DNA from: Bdellovibrio sp.
Lineage (GTDB): Bacteria; Bdellovibrionota; Bdellovibrionia; Bdellovibrionales; Bdellovibrionaceae
Direction: 5' to 3'
NCBI GenBank assembly: GCA_014376935.1
Contig: JACMQO010000087.1
Location: forward strand, 5,289-69,288
DNA length: 64,000 bases
The notes beneath the pieces are model-generated. The model did no database searches. It was not told where the DNA came from and saw only the letters and a program-made list of their open reading frames with translations. The translations under genes and the position numbers were made by a program. How positions within the stretch are numbered: the stretch's first letter is position 1; every line of letters begins with the position of its first letter. Below, in pieces: positions 62,012 through 64,000 of this stretch.

Positions 62012-62598
62012 TAATCGATTACACCAACATTCAAGTAGCGACGAAGCGTTTAATTATTCGTCCATTAGTCGAAAGCGATTACGAGCAATTGCAAAAGTCG
62101 TATGCTGAGCGTTTACCGAAACAATCGAAGTACGATAATGGCCCAGTCGATCCGAAAGAAACACCGCGCGCCTGGTTTAAGCAGCTTATAAAAATTTATC
62201 GAAAACGGGCCAGCGATGATCAAATCTATATCTTTGGAGTTTTTCACCGTAAAACAGGTCGGCATATCGGCTCGGTCGATATCGCAACCATTGTACGCCA
62301 TACATTAAGCTGGGCGAACTTAGGTTATTACGTTCATAATAACTTTCAGGGTCAAGGTTACGCAAAAGAGTTTGCTAAGGCGGCCATTCAAATCGCCTTT
62401 AAAGATTTAGGATTTAAACGCATCGAAGCGGCGGCAAACACTGACAATTTACCTTCTATCAATCTTGCGAAATCGATCGGGATGAAAAAAGAGTGCTTAC
62501 GTCAAAATTTTCATTACGATCAAGGCGTTTGGAATGATCACGTTGTTTTTGTGATGATATCGAAAGATAAAGCTTTGCACCGAATCGAAAAAAACTAA
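62008..62598 (+). CDS. RimJ/RimL-type GNAT N-acetyltransferase
   Basis: TKRLIIRPL, ANLGY, QGQGYAKE, NLPSINLAKSIG; ATGA overlap with upstream gene. Confidence 0.88.
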   Translation: MIIDYTNIQVATKRLIIRPLVESDYEQLQKSYAERLPKQSKYDNGPVDPKETPRAWFKQLIKIYRKRASDDQIYIFGVFHRKTGRHIGSVDIATIVRHTLSWANLGYYVHNNFQGQGYAKEFAKAAIQIAFKDLGFKRIEAAANTDNLPSINLAKSIGMKKECLRQNFHYDQGVWNDHVVFVMISKDKALHRIEKN

Positions 62599-62606
62599 GA
62601 TTTTTT

Positions 62607-62628
62607 AAAATGATCCAGTAATGGATCA
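62607..62628 (-). terminator. Terminator downstream of oxyR
   Basis: TGATCCA-GTAA-TGGATCA perfect stem; minus strand followed by TTTT. Confidence 0.6.
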
Positions 62629-62632
62629 ACAA

Positions 62633-63565
62633 CTAAACCTTTCGGAAATTTTGAATCGATACAGAGTCAGGAAGTGAATCCTGAATTGATTTTTGTAAGG
62701 CATCGACCAGCGTTTTTCGACCATACGAAGAGTGATACAATAGACTAATTTTTCTAAAAGGTGTTGGCGCCACAATTTCACGAATACTTTTTCGATGTTC
62801 TAAGTGCAGAACCTGCTCAGCTAGCTTTGGTATCAATGTAAACGATTCGTTGCGGTCGACGATCGATACTAATGTTTGTAAGCTTCCGTTTTTTAAACGA
62901 ACGTTTCCGGTATTTGACTCAATCATCTTTGATCCACACGCTGAAATGACTTGGTCGCGCATGCAATGAGTTTCGTCTAGTAAAGTCACCGCATAGTCAG
63001 AAATGCTAGATAGTTTAATCTCTTTTTTTTCTAGTAACGGATGCTTAGGGCTGGCGTAAACGGCAAAGGGTTCGTAATACAATAATTTCTCAATTAAATT
63101 TTCGGGTGTCTTTTTCGGAGTTGATAGAATTGCGGCGTCGATGCGTCCGTGATGAAGTTCACTGATTAGATTTTCAGTTTTATCTTCGCTTATTTCCAAA
63201 TCTAAATTGGGGTGGTCCTTGGCCATTTTCGATAAAAAATGTGGAACCAGGTAGGGGCTGACGGTCGGAATAATTCCTACACGCAAAGTACCGCGCACTT
63301 CTTTATTAAACAAACTACTTTCATCTTCTAACTTTTGAACTTCGGATAAAATCGTCCGCGCATGAGCCAATATCGAACGGCCGACTTCGGTCACCTTAAC
63401 GCCTGAACTGGTCGATCGGTCAAAGATGATAATATTAAGCTCTTCTTCTAATTTTTTAATCTGCGCGCTAAGGCTGGGCTGGGCCACGTGACAAAAGTCT
63501 GCGGCTAAATTGAAGCTAAGGTGTTGTTCGACGGCCAGGATGTACTTTAGCTGCTGTATGGTCAT
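62633..63565 (-). CDS. oxyR: OxyR-like hydrogen peroxide sensing LysR regulator
   Basis: LysR HTH (AADFCHVAQPSLSAQIKKLEEEL), GIIPTVSPYL, redox pair HCMRDQVISAC. Confidence 0.88.
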   Translation of the reverse strand: MTIQQLKYILAVEQHLSFNLAADFCHVAQPSLSAQIKKLEEELNIIIFDRSTSSGVKVTEVGRSILAHARTILSEVQKLEDESSLFNKEVRGTLRVGIIPTVSPYLVPHFLSKMAKDHPNLDLEISEDKTENLISELHHGRIDAAILSTPKKTPENLIEKLLYYEPFAVYASPKHPLLEKKEIKLSSISDYAVTLLDETHCMRDQVISACGSKMIESNTGNVRLKNGSLQTLVSIVDRNESFTLIPKLAEQVLHLEHRKSIREIVAPTPFRKISLLYHSSYGRKTLVDALQKSIQDSLPDSVSIQNFRKV

Positions 63566-63577
63566 AGAACGATATTA

Positions 63578-63613
63578 ATAGTTTAAAACTATAAAACAAT
63601 AGAAAACTAATAA
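63578..63613. promoter_or_regulatory. OxyR-type operator in the divergent oxyR/ankyrin promoter region
   Basis: ATAG-TTTAAAA-CTAT (N7), then N6, ATAG-N7-ATAA; resembles ATAG-N7-CTAT-N7-ATAG-N7-CTAT. Confidence 0.65.
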
Positions 63614-63664
63614 TACTAAACTTTTAACAAAAAGCCGATCCTAGATGTAACAAGGAAGGCTTTA

Positions 63665-64000
63665 ATGAGAGCATGGAACGACTATAAGCAAACAGCCCGT
63701 ATTCAAAACCCACTTTTTAACTGGGCGCGCGAAGGTCAACTACCTGAATTAGGTGCATTAGTTCTAAATGTCGAGTCAGTTAACATCAAAGATGAAAAAG
63801 GATATTCGCCTTTGATGCTGGCCGCATACCACGGCCATGACTCGGTCTGCGAAACCCTTTTACAGCAAGGGGCTGATGTCAATTCAGTCGACCTTTCTGG
63901 CAGTAGCATTTTAATGGGAGCTTCGTTCAAAGGTCATTTCGAAGTCGTAAAGATTCTAGTTCAATGGGGCGCCGATATTCATTACAGAAACGCCAGAGGG
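63665..64000 (+). CDS. Ankyrin-repeat protein (AnkB-like), 3'-truncated by window edge; not in ORF track
   Basis: Manual translation MRAWNDYKQ...KDEKGYSPLMLAAYHGHDSVCETLLQQGADVNSVDLSGSSILMGASFKGHFEVVKILVQWGAD; SD AAGGAAGG. Confidence 0.9.
   Translation, partial: MRAWNDYKQTARIQNPLFNWAREGQLPELGALVLNVESVNIKDEKGYSPLMLAAYHGHDSVCETLLQQGADVNSVDLSGSSILMGASFKGHFEVVKILVQWGADIHYRNARG

Noticed and set aside
63617-63641. Sigma28 (FliA) promoter TAAA...GCCGATCC
   Set aside because: 13-nt spacer and imperfect -10; the region is better explained by the OxyR site.
306-63930. Many short ORFs in the supplied track lying antisense to or in alternate frames of real genes (e.g. 306-659, 1098-1511, 7496-7840, 14103-14432, 33906-34217, 41277-41582, 42959-43327, 63736-63930)
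   Set aside because: They are shadows of well-supported genes with biased codon use; no recognisable motifs or SD sites.
1-64000. CRISPR array, IS/transposase, integrase, prophage, rRNA
   Set aside because: No regularly spaced repeats, terminal inverted repeats, recombinase motifs, phage genes or rRNA signatures were seen by eye.

Overview
AT-rich bacterial chromosome segment most consistent with a Bdellovibrionales predator (Bdellovibrio/Pseudobdellovibrio-like), inferred from the RpoA N-terminus [15 protein letters not shown], the proS-pyrF-rlmB-tRNA-tuf arrangement, a TIGR03545/03546-like pair and an oxyR-ankyrin locus. Bases 1-35,000 are the translation/transcription supercluster: proS (partial), pyrF, rlmB, dienelactone hydrolase, 5 tRNAs, tuf, secE, nusG, rplKAJL, rpoBC, rpsL-rpsG-fusA, and the S10, spc and alpha operons. 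Bases 35,000-64,000 hold envelope/LPS genes (kdsA, DegT/GnnB-like aminotransferase, GT9, GT-C, GT4), peptidases (M13, S9A), a decayed pirin, radD, a CLC-F-type fluoride exporter, GNATs and oxyR plus an ankyrin gene (partial). No CRISPR, rRNA, integrase or IS element was seen. The best anomalies are: (1) rplX (uL24) is missing from the spc operon; (2) the str-operon EF-G has lost both domain IV translocation loops; (3) G/C strand bias appears to flip inside the ribosomal supercluster with no dnaA/oriC markers (hand counts only); (4) an orphan multi-hairpin, GGA-motif element at 35.75-35.9 kb; (5) a CLC-F gene with a structured leader that is not a canonical fluoride riboswitch; (6) a candidate lipid A diamino-sugar/mannosylation gene set; (7) a GNAT-TPR-GNAT fusion. 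No single novel system can be established from sequence alone. Gene names come from recognised motifs, not database searches.
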